Positions 24,363-35,494 of a DNA stretch of 64,000 nucleotides are shown here, piece after piece (the stretch's first letter is position 1; every line of letters starts with the position of its first letter). The notes under the pieces were generated by a model, which made no database searches, was not told the origin of the DNA, and was given only the letters and a program-made list of their open reading frames with translations. The DNA lies in assembly GCA_963555825.3 (NCBI GenBank), contig CAUVXB020000002.1, forward strand, positions 544,001 through 608,000. The letters run 5' to 3'. Source of the DNA: Alphaproteobacteria bacterium (GTDB taxonomy: Bacteria; Pseudomonadota; Alphaproteobacteria; JAAXGF01). The position numbers and the translations under genes are program-made.

Positions 24363-25862
24363 ATGTATCGGGTGGAGTTGTACGCACGGGTTCGGCGGGC
24401 GTGTCATGTCGAGGGGATGAGCACCCGCGAGGCCTCGCGGGTGTTTGGTGTAGACCGCAAGACGGTCCGTAAGATGCTGTCGTTCTCGGTGCCGCCAGGG
24501 TATCGCCGAAGCGCGCCGCCGAGGCGGCCAAAGCTGGGTCCGTTCACGGGAATCATCGATCGGATCTTGGAAGACGATCGGACCAGCCACCGCAAGCAAC
24601 GGCACACTGCGAAGCGCATCTTCGACCGCCTCCGGGACGAGTACGGTTTCACGGGCGGCTACACCATCGTGAAGGACTACGTTCGTGAGCAGGGGCTTCG
24701 GTCGCGTGAGGTGTTCGTGCCACTCTCCCATTCCCCCGGTCACGCCCAGGCGGACTTCGGCGAAGCGATGGCGGTGATCGGCGGCGCGTTACGGAAGATC
24801 CACTTCCTTGCCTTCGACCTTCCCCACAGTGATGGTTGCTTTGTTGCGGCCTATCCGGCGGAGACGACCGAAGCATTCTGCGATGGCCACAACGCGGCGT
24901 TTGCCTTCTTCGGCGGCGTCCCCCGATCCATCCTGTACGACAACACCAAGCTGGCGGTTGCCCGGATCCTGGGCGATGGGAAGCGGCAGCGAACGCGCGT
25001 CTTCACGGAGCTTCAGTCCCACTATCTGTTCGAGGACAGGTTCGGCCGGCCGGGCAAGGGCAACGACAAGGGCAAGGTCGAGGGACTGGTCGGCTTCATC
25101 CGGCGGAACTTCCTGGTCCCCGTCCCGCGTGCCGAGAGCTTCGCGGCCCTCAACGATGCTCTCGCCGAACAGTGCCGCCGGCGCCAGGCGGCGCGGCTGC
25201 GGGGCCACAAGGAGACCATCGGCGAGCGTCTCGAGCGGGATCGTCAAGTTCTCTTGCCATTGCCGCCTGCTCCCTATGATGCCTGCGATAAGCGCCCTGG
25301 ACGGGCGAGTTCGCTGTCGCTGGTGCGTTACCGCAGCAACGACTATTCCGTGCCCGTGGCCTACGGCCACCGTGAGGTGCTCATCCGGGGCTACGTCGAT
25401 GAGGTGGTGATCAGCTGCGGGGCCGAGGTGATCGCCCGGCACCGCCGGTCCTACGACAGCGAGGACCTGATCTTCGACCCGCTGCATTACCTGCCCTTGA
25501 TCGAGCAGAAGATCGGCGCCCTCGACCAGGCCGCGCCATTGGCGGGCTGGGACCTGCCCGAGGCCTTCATCACTCTGCGGCGGCTCCTCGAAGCTCGTAT
25601 GGGCAAGGCAGGCAAGCGCGAGTACGTCCAGGTGCTCCGTCTACTGGAGACCTTCCGGCTCGAGGAGGTCGAGGGTGCGGTCGGCGACGCCCTGCGGCTC
25701 GGCGCAATCGGCTTTGATGCGGTGAAGCACCTGGTACTGTGCCGCATCGAGCGGCGGCCGCCCAGGCTCAACCTCGACGTCTATCCGTATCTGCCGCGCG
25801 CCCGGGTCGCGATGACGTCCGCCAAGTCGTACATGAGCCTGCTGTCGGGGCTCGGCGCATGA
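24363..25862 (+). CDS. istA: IS21 transposase IstA
   Basis: AQADFG, LYDN and KGKVEG DDE motifs. Confidence 0.93.
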   Translation: MYRVELYARVRRACHVEGMSTREASRVFGVDRKTVRKMLSFSVPPGYRRSAPPRRPKLGPFTGIIDRILEDDRTSHRKQRHTAKRIFDRLRDEYGFTGGYTIVKDYVREQGLRSREVFVPLSHSPGHAQADFGEAMAVIGGALRKIHFLAFDLPHSDGCFVAAYPAETTEAFCDGHNAAFAFFGGVPRSILYDNTKLAVARILGDGKRQRTRVFTELQSHYLFEDRFGRPGKGNDKGKVEGLVGFIRRNFLVPVPRAESFAALNDALAEQCRRRQAARLRGHKETIGERLERDRQVLLPLPPAPYDACDKRPGRASSLSLVRYRSNDYSVPVAYGHREVLIRGYVDEVVISCGAEVIARHRRSYDSEDLIFDPLHYLPLIEQKIGALDQAAPLAGWDLPEAFITLRRLLEARMGKAGKREYVQVLRLLETFRLEEVEGAVGDALRLGAIGFDAVKHLVLCRIERRPPRLNLDVYPYLPRARVAMTSAKSYMSLLSGLGA

Positions 25863-26623
25863 CCGACACACCGCAAGTGCTGCTCGCCCACCACCTCAAG
25901 ACGCTGAAGCTGCCGACCTTCCTGCGCGAGTACGACAAGATCGCCCGGCAGTGCGCCTCGGAAGGCGTCGATCACGTCCGCTACCTGTTGAGACTCGCCG
26001 AGCTCGAGCTGATCGACCGCGAGCGCCGCATGGTCGAGCGGCGCATCAAGGCGGCGCGCTTCCCCGTGGTCAAGAGCCTCGACAGCTTCGACTTCAAGGT
26101 CATCCCCTCGCTCAACAAGGCGCTGGTCCTGGAGCTGGCCCGCTGCGAGTACATCGAGCGCCGCGAGAACCTCATCGCGCTCGGCAACAGTGGGACCGGC
26201 AAGACCCACATCGCCCTCGGTCTCGGCCTGGCGGCCTGCCAGAAGGGCCTCTCGGTCGGCTTCATCACCGCCGCCGCGCTGGTCCACGAACTCATCGAGG
26301 CCCGCGATGACAAGCAGCTGCTGAGGTTCCAGAAGAAGCTCGCCACCTACAAGCTTCTGATCGTCGACGAACTCGGCTTCGTGCCGCTGTCGAAGACCGG
26401 CGCCGAGCTGTTGTTCGAGGTGTTCAGCCAACGCTACGAGCGGGGCTCGACCCTGGTCACCACCAATCTGCCCTTCGACGAATGGACCGAGGTGTTCGGC
26501 TCCGAGCGCCTCACCGGCGCGCTCCTCGATCGCCTCACCCACCACGTCAACATCCTCGAGATGAACGGTGACAGCTACAGGCTCAACCAGAGCCGCAGGC
26601 GTCAAACCCCGACTGCTAACTGA
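25859..26623 (+). CDS. istB: IS21 helper ATPase IstB
   Basis: GNSGTGKT, LLIVDELG and LLDRLTHH motifs. Confidence 0.93.
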   Translation: MTDTPQVLLAHHLKTLKLPTFLREYDKIARQCASEGVDHVRYLLRLAELELIDRERRMVERRIKAARFPVVKSLDSFDFKVIPSLNKALVLELARCEYIERRENLIALGNSGTGKTHIALGLGLAACQKGLSVGFITAAALVHELIEARDDKQLLRFQKKLATYKLLIVDELGFVPLSKTGAELLFEVFSQRYERGSTLVTTNLPFDEWTEVFGSERLTGALLDRLTHHVNILEMNGDSYRLNQSRRRQTPTAN

Positions 26624-27039
26624 ACCGACCACCCAGCCCACGCTTGACCCCGTGGGCCCACAGGTCCCTCCCGCGCGCGCCGCCGCGTCAGCCTGTTGAG
26701 GGCACGCCGCGTCGCGCGCGGGGCCCTCCCGTGGACTACGGGGACAAGCCCGCAGCCGCCAAGCGGTCCCTTCTTACACCGCCGAGGTGGTCCCTTTTTG
26801 CTCCGCCATTGACAGCAAGAGACGTGAACGACCGCTTTGTCCCCATCCATGCCGATCAGATAGACATTCACGACGGCCGTTTCGGGCCGATCTGAGACCA
26901 TCGCAATTGGCACGAGTCGACCCGAAGTGGTTATTCACAGCTGCCTGACCGAATGTCGGCTTCCGAATCGCGTACCGGCCGTCCACACTCGGCGATCGAT
27001 ACGGCTGGAGTTGGCTGATTTCTGGCTTTCCTCAGAAAC

Positions 27040-27726
27040 TCAGTCTTCCGCCACGATCTGCAGAGACCTTCGGCGGAAATAGGCGGCTACTTCCTTCTGA
27101 GACGCCTCGATGTGGGCGTGTAGGAGATGGACGGCCGATTCCACATCTTCCTCCCCACAGGCTTCCAAGAGTTTTGTGTGTTCGTGGTGTGGCCGCTCCA
27201 AACCGGACACCAAGGTCACCTGAAGGCGTCTGAAAAGCCCCATCTGATCATGAAGCTGTCTGATCATTCTGAGCAGACGGTGCCGGTTACAGGGCTCATA
27301 CAGCGCGAGATGAAACCGCAGATTTAGATCGCTCCACCGCTCGAAGTCTCCGGCTTCCACATAGTCATCAAGAATGTCACGGGCGAAACGAAGATCGGCT
27401 TCGACCATGTTCGGAACAGCGAGCTCCAATGCACGACATTCAAGCGCAATGCGGAGGTCGAACATCTCGGCGAAGTCTTCGGGCGTCAGCTCGACGACGA
27501 TAGCGCCGCGACGCGGCCGAAATTCGACCAGGCCTTCGGACTCCAGTTGCCTAAGGGCTTCGCGTACCGGGATCTTGCTGACGTTGAAGCGCCCGGCAAG
27601 CTCGTCTTGACGCAATGGTGTGCCGGCGGCCAACGCGCCCGCCAAGATCTCTTTCCGCAAGAGCGGCACTATGTTCCGGGCTGTTGTGCCACTCATTTTG
27701 AGTTTCCGCGGCGGGCGTTCCGTCAT
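27040..27726 (-). CDS. GntR-family (FCD) transcriptional regulator
   Basis: LRQDELAGRFNVSKIPVREAL HTH; FH and EH FCD motifs. Confidence 0.9.
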   Translation of the reverse strand: MTERPPRKLKMSGTTARNIVPLLRKEILAGALAAGTPLRQDELAGRFNVSKIPVREALRQLESEGLVEFRPRRGAIVVELTPEDFAEMFDLRIALECRALELAVPNMVEADLRFARDILDDYVEAGDFERWSDLNLRFHLALYEPCNRHRLLRMIRQLHDQMGLFRRLQVTLVSGLERPHHEHTKLLEACGEEDVESAVHLLHAHIEASQKEVAAYFRRRSLQIVAED

Positions 27727-27848
27727 CGATACCCCATGGTCCAGCGTCCTATGGCCGATTTTATATTGACTACAATATGAATAAAATCGTATACGATCAA
27801 GCGCCTTGTGATCTGATTTTCTCATAGACCTGTGAGTCGCCAACATGG

Positions 27849-28970
27849 CTAGTGTCCCGATTCCGAAGTTCGCATGATTTTCGCCTGCTGTTCAGCGATT
27901 TCGATTGTTCGGAGGCAGAAGCGCTGGATGGCGCCGAGGATGTCATCGGCGGATTTGGTCCATTTGAAGGGTTTGGGGTTCTGGTTTGTCGTGTCGATGT
28001 AGTCGAGGATGGTGCGCTCCAACTCCTTGGTGGAGCGATGGACGCCGCGCCTGATCTGCTTGTCGGTCAGCAGCCCGAACCAGCGCTCGACCTGGTTCAG
28101 CCAGGAGGCGCTGGTGGGTGTGAAATGGGCCTGCCAGCGCGGCCGTTTGGCGAACCAGTCGCGGATCGCCTTGGTCTTGTGGGTCCCGTAGTTGTCCATG
28201 ACGATGTGGATGTCGAGATCAGCAGGGACGTTCGCCTCGACGAGGTCGAGGAATTTGCGGAACTCTCGGGCCCGATGGCGCGGGAAACATTTGCCGATGA
28301 TCTCTCCCGTGGCGATGTCGAGGGCCGCGAAGAGAGAGGTCGTGCCGTGGCGCTTGTAGTCGTGGCTGCGCCGCTCCGCCTGCCCGGGGCGCATCGGCAA
28401 GAGGGGCTGGGAACGGTCCAGGGCCTGGATCTGGCTCTTTTCGTCGACACAGAGAACCAGGGCACGATCCGGCGGCGCCAAATACAGACCGACGATGTCG
28501 CGGACCTTCTCCACGAAGAAGGGATCGCTCGACAGCTTGAAGGTCTCCGAGCGATGCGGCTGCAAGCCGAAGGCCCGCCAGATGCGATGAATGGTCGAGG
28601 GCGCGTGGCCGCTCGCCCGCGCCATCGAGCGAAGGCTCCAATGGGTCGCGTCCGGCGGCGTCTCTTCCAGCGTCAGCCGGACCGCTTCCGCGATGGCGTC
28701 ATCGCCGATTTGACGCGGCGCGCCGGGGCGGGGTTCGTCGTACAGACCGTCGAGGCCCTCCGCCGCATAGCGGCGTCGCCACTTGCCCACGGTGTCCGCG
28801 CTCGCCTCGAGACGAACGGCGATCTCCTTGTTCTCCAACCCTTCCGCCGCCGCCAAGACGATCCGAGCCCGCCGCGCAAGCCCCTGCGACGTCTTGCGAC
28901 GACGAGACAGCGCCTCCAATTCGGCGCGCTCGTCATCGCTCAAAGAGATCGTCACCGCCACTCTCGCCAT
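27849..28970 (-). CDS. IS630 transposase
   Basis: [17 protein letters not shown] and [10 protein letters not shown] motifs. Confidence 0.93.
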   Translation of the reverse strand: MARVAVTISLSDDERAELEALSRRRKTSQGLARRARIVLAAAEGLENKEIAVRLEASADTVGKWRRRYAAEGLDGLYDEPRPGAPRQIGDDAIAEAVRLTLEETPPDATHWSLRSMARASGHAPSTIHRIWRAFGLQPHRSETFKLSSDPFFVEKVRDIVGLYLAPPDRALVLCVDEKSQIQALDRSQPLLPMRPGQAERRSHDYKRHGTTSLFAALDIATGEIIGKCFPRHRAREFRKFLDLVEANVPADLDIHIVMDNYGTHKTKAIRDWFAKRPRWQAHFTPTSASWLNQVERWFGLLTDKQIRRGVHRSTKELERTILDYIDTTNQNPKPFKWTKSADDILGAIQRFCLRTIEIAEQQAKIMRTSESGH

Positions 28971-29032
28971 CAATCGCGCCTCCTAAAAACAAATAGAGAC
29001 ATAATCATATCAATTTATCGATCAGGACACTA
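27850..29032 (-). mobile_element. IS630-family element (single ORF) with TA duplication
   Basis: IRs TAGTGTCCCGAT / ATCAGGACACTA. Confidence 0.92.
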
Positions 29033-29164
29033 GGGATGGTAAGAGCCCGTATACGCAGCATGGAATCACGGCGATCGATTATCCGGTCGTCGCCATTGCC
29101 GACATGGAAGTGGCGCGGCGAAGATTCGAGCGCCTTGGCTTTGTGGTTCCACCACGCGGTCATC
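29033..29164 (+). pseudogene. N-terminal fragment of a VOC/glyoxalase-like protein
   Basis: Translates HGITAIDYPVVAIADMEVARRRFERLGFVVPPRGH; bounded by IS630 and IS256. Confidence 0.6.
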
Positions 29165-29182
29165 GAGCTATAACCGAATCTT

Positions 29183-30983
29183 GACGGGGCGGTAAAAAGT
29201 TGTTGGCCGATGGCGTGCTTGTACAGGTCTTTGCGGTTCGGTGAAGAATATTTGCCTGTCTCCGCGTTGCTGGTGGATAAAACCTGATATTACCTATCCT
29301 TGGCTTCTCCTTGGCTTCGTTTTTTATGGTGCGATTGCCGCGCAGCGTCGGATATTGAGGCCGAGGGCACGCAGATTGACCACGTAGCGCATGGCCGGCA
29401 TGCCGCGAATGCGTAGGTGAGCCAGGTTCATCTGGTACTTTAATCGCGACATGGTCGCTTCTATGCCGGCCCGCCATCTGTAGACGTCGCGGAAGGCATC
29501 GCTTTGTTCATAAAGCCGGCGCTTTTGGTTGGCAGCCCTGGCCGGGGTATATTGAAAGCGGGAAAATTGGCCGTCACGCTTGGCCGCCTGCACGGGACAT
29601 CGCAGTATATCGGGACATTTTTGGCAGATGGAGAGGTCGAAACGGGCCTGCAGCTTGGCTTTGGCGAGCGAGGCTGAAACCGGTTCGACGTTATTGGGAC
29701 AGCGCAAGACCAAGCCTTCTTCGTTGAGAGTGAAATCCTCCAACGTCAACCGTCCCGAGACGGCGCCTTTCGGCGGTCGCGCGGGCGCCACGAGATTGAT
29801 GTTCTGTTCGCGCGTCAGAGCCATGTTGTCACTGGAACCGTAATGTGAATCACCCAGCATCACCGCCGGCGTCAGCGCGCGCTCGCTCAGATCATCCAGC
29901 GCATCGGCCAAGCGATGGCCGTCATGCACCGTCATCTTGTGGACCTCCACGTGGGTGATGAGGTCCGGTGTCGCGGCAACCGCCTCGTTACTGTCATCTT
30001 CACAATAGGTTTCGACGATCTGCGCCATGTATCCCTGACCCTTGTGCGCGTTGTAGCTCGCGTCCGGGTCGGCCGGATTGCCGACGGTATCGCACGGCAC
30101 ATCCTTTGGATCTCGAATCGCGGCGCGCTTTGCGTCACGATCGCCACACTCATCATCAACGATCTCGAACTGATCGCGCAGAACCCTCTCCAGGATCGCA
30201 AAACTGGAAAGCTTTGCCGCCGCCGTGTCACGGAATTGCAGCACCAGGGCTAGGAGATACTGACCCGCTTCGCCGAGGCGCCGTTTTGAAACACTCGGCG
30301 CCGTATTCGCGAACGCGCCATTGCCCTCGCGATCGACATAGCGGCGGATCACCTCCTTGCTGATCTGCTCGTGCAGACCGGGATGATATCGCTCAAGCTC
30401 ACGGGCAAACTTCGAGATGCTCTCAACAACGATACCAAGTCGTGTCAGCGCCCGCATCGCCGAACGAAGGGCCGTCGAATCCATGCGTTGGTGGCTGGTA
30501 TCGACAGAGAACCCCTGCACCAGCCGATCCGTCAAACACCGGAACAGCAATTCATCGAGACCTTGTTCGATAAACAGACGGCGATAGTTGCGCAGGGTTT
30601 TCTCACAGAAATAGCTGTCCGCTTCGCTGCGCACGTCCAAGGCATAGTGCCACGCCATATTGAAGGCCAGGGCCTCGACGGTCTCTGCATCGCTCAGATC
30701 GTGCAGCTGCTGCAAAAGCAAGACCCCGATGACAACGTGTAGATCCTTCGATGGTCGGCCCATGCGTTCATCAAGGTGACGGCAAAGATCGTCAACCGGA
30801 AGTTCGACAAGCAGATGGTTCCGAAAAACCCCGGCCCAGGATTGCTCCATCAGGCGCCGACGTTTGTCCCCGAAATAGGACCAGCGATCAAACAATTCTC
30901 CGGTCCGTCGGTCGCGTAAAGTAAACATGCACAATTATAACCCAGCCGACTCTCATGAGGAATCGACTTTTTACCGCCCCGTC
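29183..30983 (-). mobile_element. IS1182/IS5-like element
   Basis: 17-bp perfect IRs GACGGGGCGGTAAAAAG; 7-bp duplication GAATCTT at 29176-29182 and 30984-30990. Confidence 0.88.
29324..30928 (-). CDS. DDE transposase (IS1182/IS5-like)
   Basis: GRPS, MDST, GDSHYG and YRWRAGIEATMSRLK motifs; Cys cluster before the C-terminal domain. Confidence 0.85.
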   Translation of the reverse strand: MFTLRDRRTGELFDRWSYFGDKRRRLMEQSWAGVFRNHLLVELPVDDLCRHLDERMGRPSKDLHVVIGVLLLQQLHDLSDAETVEALAFNMAWHYALDVRSEADSYFCEKTLRNYRRLFIEQGLDELLFRCLTDRLVQGFSVDTSHQRMDSTALRSAMRALTRLGIVVESISKFARELERYHPGLHEQISKEVIRRYVDREGNGAFANTAPSVSKRRLGEAGQYLLALVLQFRDTAAAKLSSFAILERVLRDQFEIVDDECGDRDAKRAAIRDPKDVPCDTVGNPADPDASYNAHKGQGYMAQIVETYCEDDSNEAVAATPDLITHVEVHKMTVHDGHRLADALDDLSERALTPAVMLGDSHYGSSDNMALTREQNINLVAPARPPKGAVSGRLTLEDFTLNEEGLVLRCPNNVEPVSASLAKAKLQARFDLSICQKCPDILRCPVQAAKRDGQFSRFQYTPARAANQKRRLYEQSDAFRDVYRWRAGIEATMSRLKYQMNLAHLRIRGMPAMRYVVNLRALGLNIRRCAAIAP

Positions 30984-31071
30984 GAATCTTGTGTACGGCG
31001 TTGAAATGAAGGCGGCGTATCCTGGTGATTGTTGATGTCACCACTTGAGCTAAGCCAAGGAAGGATACGCC

Positions 31072-32316
31072 ATGAAAGAGAATACCGTTGTTGCTTTTCA
31101 AAACCCATCTGATTTTCAGAAAGATCCGTTGACGGAAGTCCTACAAGCTGGAGCTCGCGAGTTGTTGGCCCAAGCCGTTGAGGCCGAGGTCTCCGTGTTT
31201 TTGGGTAGCCATGCGGCGCTTGTTGACGCCGCCGGCCGCCGCCGGGTTGTCCGCAATGGATATCTGCCGGAACGCTTCATCCAGACCGGGATCGGCCCGG
31301 TGAGCGTGCGCCAACCCCGTGTGCGGGACCGGGGGGACGGCGCCATCCGCTTCACGTCGGCGATCCTGCCGCGCTATCTGCGCCGCGCCAAGAGCCTGGA
31401 AGACCTTTTGCCATGGCTGTATCTGAAGGGCATTTCCACCGGCGACTTCGGGGAAGCCTTGGCGGCGCTCCTGGGGAGCTCCGCGCCGGGGCTTTCGGCC
31501 TCCACGATCACCCGGCTGAAAGAGGTCTGGGGGGTTGAGGCGGAGCGCTGGCAACGGCGCGACCTCACGGCCAAGCGCTACGTCTATTTCTGGGTGGACG
31601 GCATCTATTTCAGCGCCCGCATGGAGGAAGAGAAGCAGTGCATCCTGGTGATCGTCGGGGCCACGGACAAGGGACAGAAGGAACTGATCGCCATCGCCGA
31701 CGGCTATCGCGAAAGTGAGCAGTCCTGGCTCGAAGTTCTGCTCGATCTCAAGCGGCGCGGCCTTGAAATGGGTCCGCAACTGGCGCTCGGCGACGGCGCG
31801 CTCGGCTTCTGGAAGGCGCTCCGCCAAGTCTACCCAGGCGCCCGCGAGCAACGCTGCTGGGTTCACAAGACGGGCAACGTCTTGAACAAGCTGCCCAAGG
31901 GTCTGCAAAAGAAAGCCAAGGGGCGCCTGCAAGACATCTGGATGGCCGAAACCAGGAAGGATGCCGAGAGCGCCTTCGACTTCTTCCTGGAAGCCTACGG
32001 GCCGAAGTACGACAAGGCCGCGGCCTGCCTGGCCAAGGACCGCGACGTCCTGCTGACGTTCTACGACTTCCCCGCCGAGCACTGGAAGCATGTACGCACG
32101 ACCAACCCCATCGAGAGCACGTTCGCCACGGTTCGTCTGCGCACCTACCGGACCAAGGGCTGCCTGTCGCGCAAGACGGCGATGGCCATGGTCTTCAAAC
32201 TATGCCAGTGCGCTCAGAGAAAATGGAGAAAACTCGATGGATCGAACCATCTCGCCGAGATCATTCGCGGCGTCAAATTCGTAGATGGAGAACGCCAGGA
32301 TCGCGCCGCCGCATGA
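31072..32316 (+). CDS. IS256 transposase
   Basis: YLKGISTGDF, WVDGIY, QRCWVHK and RTTNPIES motifs. Confidence 0.95.
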   Translation: MKENTVVAFQNPSDFQKDPLTEVLQAGARELLAQAVEAEVSVFLGSHAALVDAAGRRRVVRNGYLPERFIQTGIGPVSVRQPRVRDRGDGAIRFTSAILPRYLRRAKSLEDLLPWLYLKGISTGDFGEALAALLGSSAPGLSASTITRLKEVWGVEAERWQRRDLTAKRYVYFWVDGIYFSARMEEEKQCILVIVGATDKGQKELIAIADGYRESEQSWLEVLLDLKRRGLEMGPQLALGDGALGFWKALRQVYPGAREQRCWVHKTGNVLNKLPKGLQKKAKGRLQDIWMAETRKDAESAFDFFLEAYGPKYDKAAACLAKDRDVLLTFYDFPAEHWKHVRTTNPIESTFATVRLRTYRTKGCLSRKTAMAMVFKLCQCAQRKWRKLDGSNHLAEIIRGVKFVDGERQDRAAA

Positions 32317-32347
32317 TCAGCCCATACACAACTTTTGACAATAGCTC

Positions 32348-33296
32348 CGCCGCCTGGCGCCGGCGGCACTGTTCGGCGAGAGCATCGTTGAGGGCCGCGA
32401 AGCTCTCGGCACGCGGGACGGGGACCAGGAAGTTCCGCCGGATGAAGCCGACCAGTCCCTCGACCTTGCCCTTGTCGTTGCCCTTGCCCGGCCGGCCGAA
32501 CCTGTCCTCGAACAGATAGTGGGACTGAAGCTCCGTGAAGACGCGCGTTCGCTGCCGCTTCCCATCGCCCAGGATCCGGGCAACCGCCAGCTTGGTGTTG
32601 TCGTACAGGATGGATCGGGGGACGCCGCCGAAGAAGGCAAACGCCGCGTTGTGGCCATCGCAGAATGCTTCGGTCGTCTCCGCCGGATAGGCCGCAACAA
32701 AGCAACCATCACTGTGGGGAAGGTCGAAGGCAAGGAAGTGGATCTTCCGTAACGCGCCGCCGATCACCGCCATCGCTTCGCCGAAGTCCGCCTGGGCGTG
32801 ACCGGGGGAATGGGAGAGTGGCACGAACACCTCACGCGACCGAAGCCCCTGCTCACGAACGTAGTCCTTCACGATGGTGTAGCCGCCCGTGAAACCGTAC
32901 TCGTCCCGGAGGCGGTCGAAGATGCGCTTCGCAGTGTGCCGTTGCTTGCGGTGGCTGGTCCGATCGTCTTCCAAGATCCGATCGATGATTCCCGTGAACG
33001 GACCCAGCTTTGGCCGCCTCGGCGGCGCGCTTCGGCGATACCCTGGCGGCACCGAGAACGACAGCATCTTACGGACCGTCTTGCGGTCTACACCAAACAC
33101 CCGCGAGGCCTCGCGGGTGCTCATCCCCTCGACATGACACGCCCGCCGAACCCGTGCGTACAACTCCACCCGATACATCCCCCCCGCCTTCCAGTCAGAG
33201 CAACCCTGACAGAAGGCTATACGCGGTCCCATTTTGGTCCGCCGCAGCCGGATCGACCGGCCGCTTCAGTGGGGGATTATTGCTCTGCCGTTCTCA
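32348..33296 (-). mobile_element. istA: IS21 copy 2, truncated (IRL plus 5' istA)
   Basis: Near-identical to 24245-25193 in reverse orientation; cut by IS256. Confidence 0.92.
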
Positions 33297-34104
33297 CCGA
33301 GAATGCCGCAAAGGGTTATTTCGGGGTTCAGGACATCCGCCGCGTTGTGTTCGAGAAGCCGTCGGAATTCCTGCTTCGAGTACAATGTCTCGCCTGTAAC
33401 GACCGTCAGGTTTGATTGGGCGCGGATACGAGCAAGCGAGTCCACGTCGCTTGCGCTGGCCGGGTCCTCAAACCATGAGACCCCATGGGCGTGGAGCGCA
33501 TCGACGATCACGGGGAAGTCCTCCTGGCGCATCCTGCTCCACATATCGATAAGAACTGAAACATCGGGGCCCACCGCATCCCTCACGGCGCGCAGGCACG
33601 CGATGCCGTCTCCGACCGAGTTGTCATAAAGGAAGGGATAGATTTTTACGGCCCTGAATCCTCTTTCCACTTGTTCCGTGGCGAAGGATGCAAGCTGTTC
33701 GGGCGAGCGGGTTTCGTCACTCCAGCAATTTGCATAAACGCCGATGCGCTCGCGGCAAGGACCGCCCAACAACTTGTGAATCGGTGAGTCCAGAGCCTTG
33801 CCGACGATATCCCACAGGGCAATTTCAATGCCGGCGGCAGCCGTTGAAATTTCGATTCCATCTCGGGGGTTGGTGATACTGTCATATGCCATCGTCATGA
33901 AGCGTTTGATGCAAAACGGGTCCATGCCGACGACGTCGTGCGACAGCCTTTGAACCTTCCTGGCAATCGCATGTTCGCGCTCATGTATCCTGTGGGTCTC
34001 TCCCCACCCCTCTATGCCTTCGTCGGTTTCCAGCTTGACCAATATCCAGGTTCTTCCCGGACCCCATGCCGTCACGGATATTTCGGGGGGGATGAAATAG
34101 ATTT

Positions 34105-34824
34105 GGGGCTGTCCTAGCTAAGCGGCATGCTTAGGCTAGGATGGCGGGATGTACGAGAGGAAAAGCCGGCTCAGTGATTGGAAGCGCGGTCGTCTGATTG
34201 AGCACTTCGTTGCGGGTACGACGGCTCGGGCAGCAGCCGAACTGGTTGGCGTCCACCGGAACACGGCGGCCTCGTTTTATACTCGGCTTCGCAAGGTGAT
34301 TGCCGAGGAAATGGAGAAGGCCTCGCCTTTTGCCGGAGAGATCGAGGTTGATGAGAGTTATTTTGGCGGCCGCCGCAAAGGCAAGCGGGGTCGAGGCGCT
34401 GGCGGAAAAGTCCCGGTTTTCGGGCTTTTGAAGCGAGGTGGGAAGGTCTACACGGCGATGATTCCCAATGCCCGGACTGCCACGTTGATGCCGATTATGG
34501 AGCGTATGATCCGGCCTGACAGCATCGTCTATACGGACGGCTTTTCGAGCTATGATGCCCTGGACGTTTCGGACTTCCACCATGTTCGGATCAATCACTC
34601 GGAGCGGTTCGTCGACGAGCGGAGCCATATCAACGGGATCGAGAACTTCTGGAACCAGGCGAAGCGGCATTTACGGCGCTTCAATGGCGTCCCGAAACAG
34701 AGCTTTCACCTGTTCCTCAAGGAGTGCGAATGGCGGTTCAACGGAGGTGACCACCGAGAACTGCTTAACCAATTGAAGACATGGATTATTTTGAGACAGA
34801 AACGCCCTTAGCTAGGACAGCCCG
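34105..34824 (+). mobile_element. IS1595-family element
   Basis: IRs GGGCTGTCCTAGCTAAG / CTTAGCTAGGACAGCCC; 8-bp duplication ATAGATTT. Confidence 0.92.
34149..34811 (+). CDS. IS1595 transposase
   Basis: EVDESYFGG, VYTD, HINGIENFW and ECEWRFN motifs. Confidence 0.93.
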   Translation: MYERKSRLSDWKRGRLIEHFVAGTTARAAAELVGVHRNTAASFYTRLRKVIAEEMEKASPFAGEIEVDESYFGGRRKGKRGRGAGGKVPVFGLLKRGGKVYTAMIPNARTATLMPIMERMIRPDSIVYTDGFSSYDALDVSDFHHVRINHSERFVDERSHINGIENFWNQAKRHLRRFNGVPKQSFHLFLKECEWRFNGGDHRELLNQLKTWIILRQKRP

Positions 34825-35218
34825 ATAGATTTTTGCAGCCGTGATTTTCATGAAGTGCGAACCTCCCCTTACTCGTCATCCGACGAGCCGGAGTTTTCTT
34901 GGCGCTCTTCTATCAGGGAACCCGCCAAGATGCTTTAGCCGGCCATCTACTCTCGAGAAATTGCTGCCTCATGGCGACACGCCCGCAGAATAATCCAAGG
35001 CATTAATATGAACAGCCTTCAAATGACATCACTGGGGGAATCCTACGAAAGCCCGCTCACGGCTAGAAGCCGACATCCAGCGTGATCTCGCTTGGCGTCC
35101 GGTTTCCGCTCGTAAGCGGAAGTGCCTGTCCTGAAAATTCGGGCGTGAATCATTGAAGTCCGGTTACCGCTCGGAAGTGGACACCGTGAGCCTACGCCGC
35201 TGATGTCTGGTGCTGACC

Positions 35219-35380
35219 CAGGCTGTGTAAAAACCGCCCCCGAGCGCTATTGGCACGATTTTCTCTAACTTCTCGAATTTCTAAACTCAACAAAATCAAC
35301 ATCTTATCAGAGGGCACTTTAGAAGAATTGACCGAGCACTCTCCTGTTAGTGGTATTTTCCGGCGTTTTTACACAGCCTG
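35219..35380. mobile_element. 162-bp MITE with IS1182-type ends
   Basis: CAGGCTGTGTAAAAAC / GTTTTTACACAGCCTG IRs; 4-bp duplication GACC. Confidence 0.8.
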
Positions 35381-35429
35381 GACCCGACGCGGACTTTGAG
35401 TTTGTCGGTTCGGTCCTACAAGCGCCAGC

Positions 35430-35477
35430 TTGACAAATAGCATATTATATCGCCTTTCGATGTCGAATTTCGATATA
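35430..35477 (+). promoter_or_regulatory. Candidate chrA promoter/operator
   Basis: TTGACA at 35430 and dyad TATATCG...CGATATA (35446-35477) upstream of a GGAGG RBS. Confidence 0.4.
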
Positions 35478-35494
35478 GCACGGAGGAGTACGCA

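Larger units (their letters stand above)
24245..26814 (+). mobile_element. IS21-family element, complete copy 1
   Basis: TG...CA ends, subterminal repeats, istA and istB; no flanking target duplication. Confidence 0.93.
29165..32347 (+). mobile_element. IS256-family copy 1, left IR split by an IS1182-like insertion
   Basis: Ends GAGCTATAACCGAATCTT... and ...TTGACAATAGCTC match copy 2 at 47478-48852; no target duplication. Confidence 0.9.
33297..34851 (-). pseudogene. Mandelate racemase/MLE (galactonate dehydratase-like) enzyme, interrupted by IS1595 and 3'-truncated by IS21
   Basis: Start MKITAAKIY at 34851 rejoins FIPPEISVTAWG after removing the IS; EIALWDIVGK, KIY, FEDP and GET motifs. 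Confidence 0.85.

Noticed and set aside
26815-26910. Possible gene fragment next to the IS21 right end
   Set aside because: Too short, with no recognisable motif on either strand.
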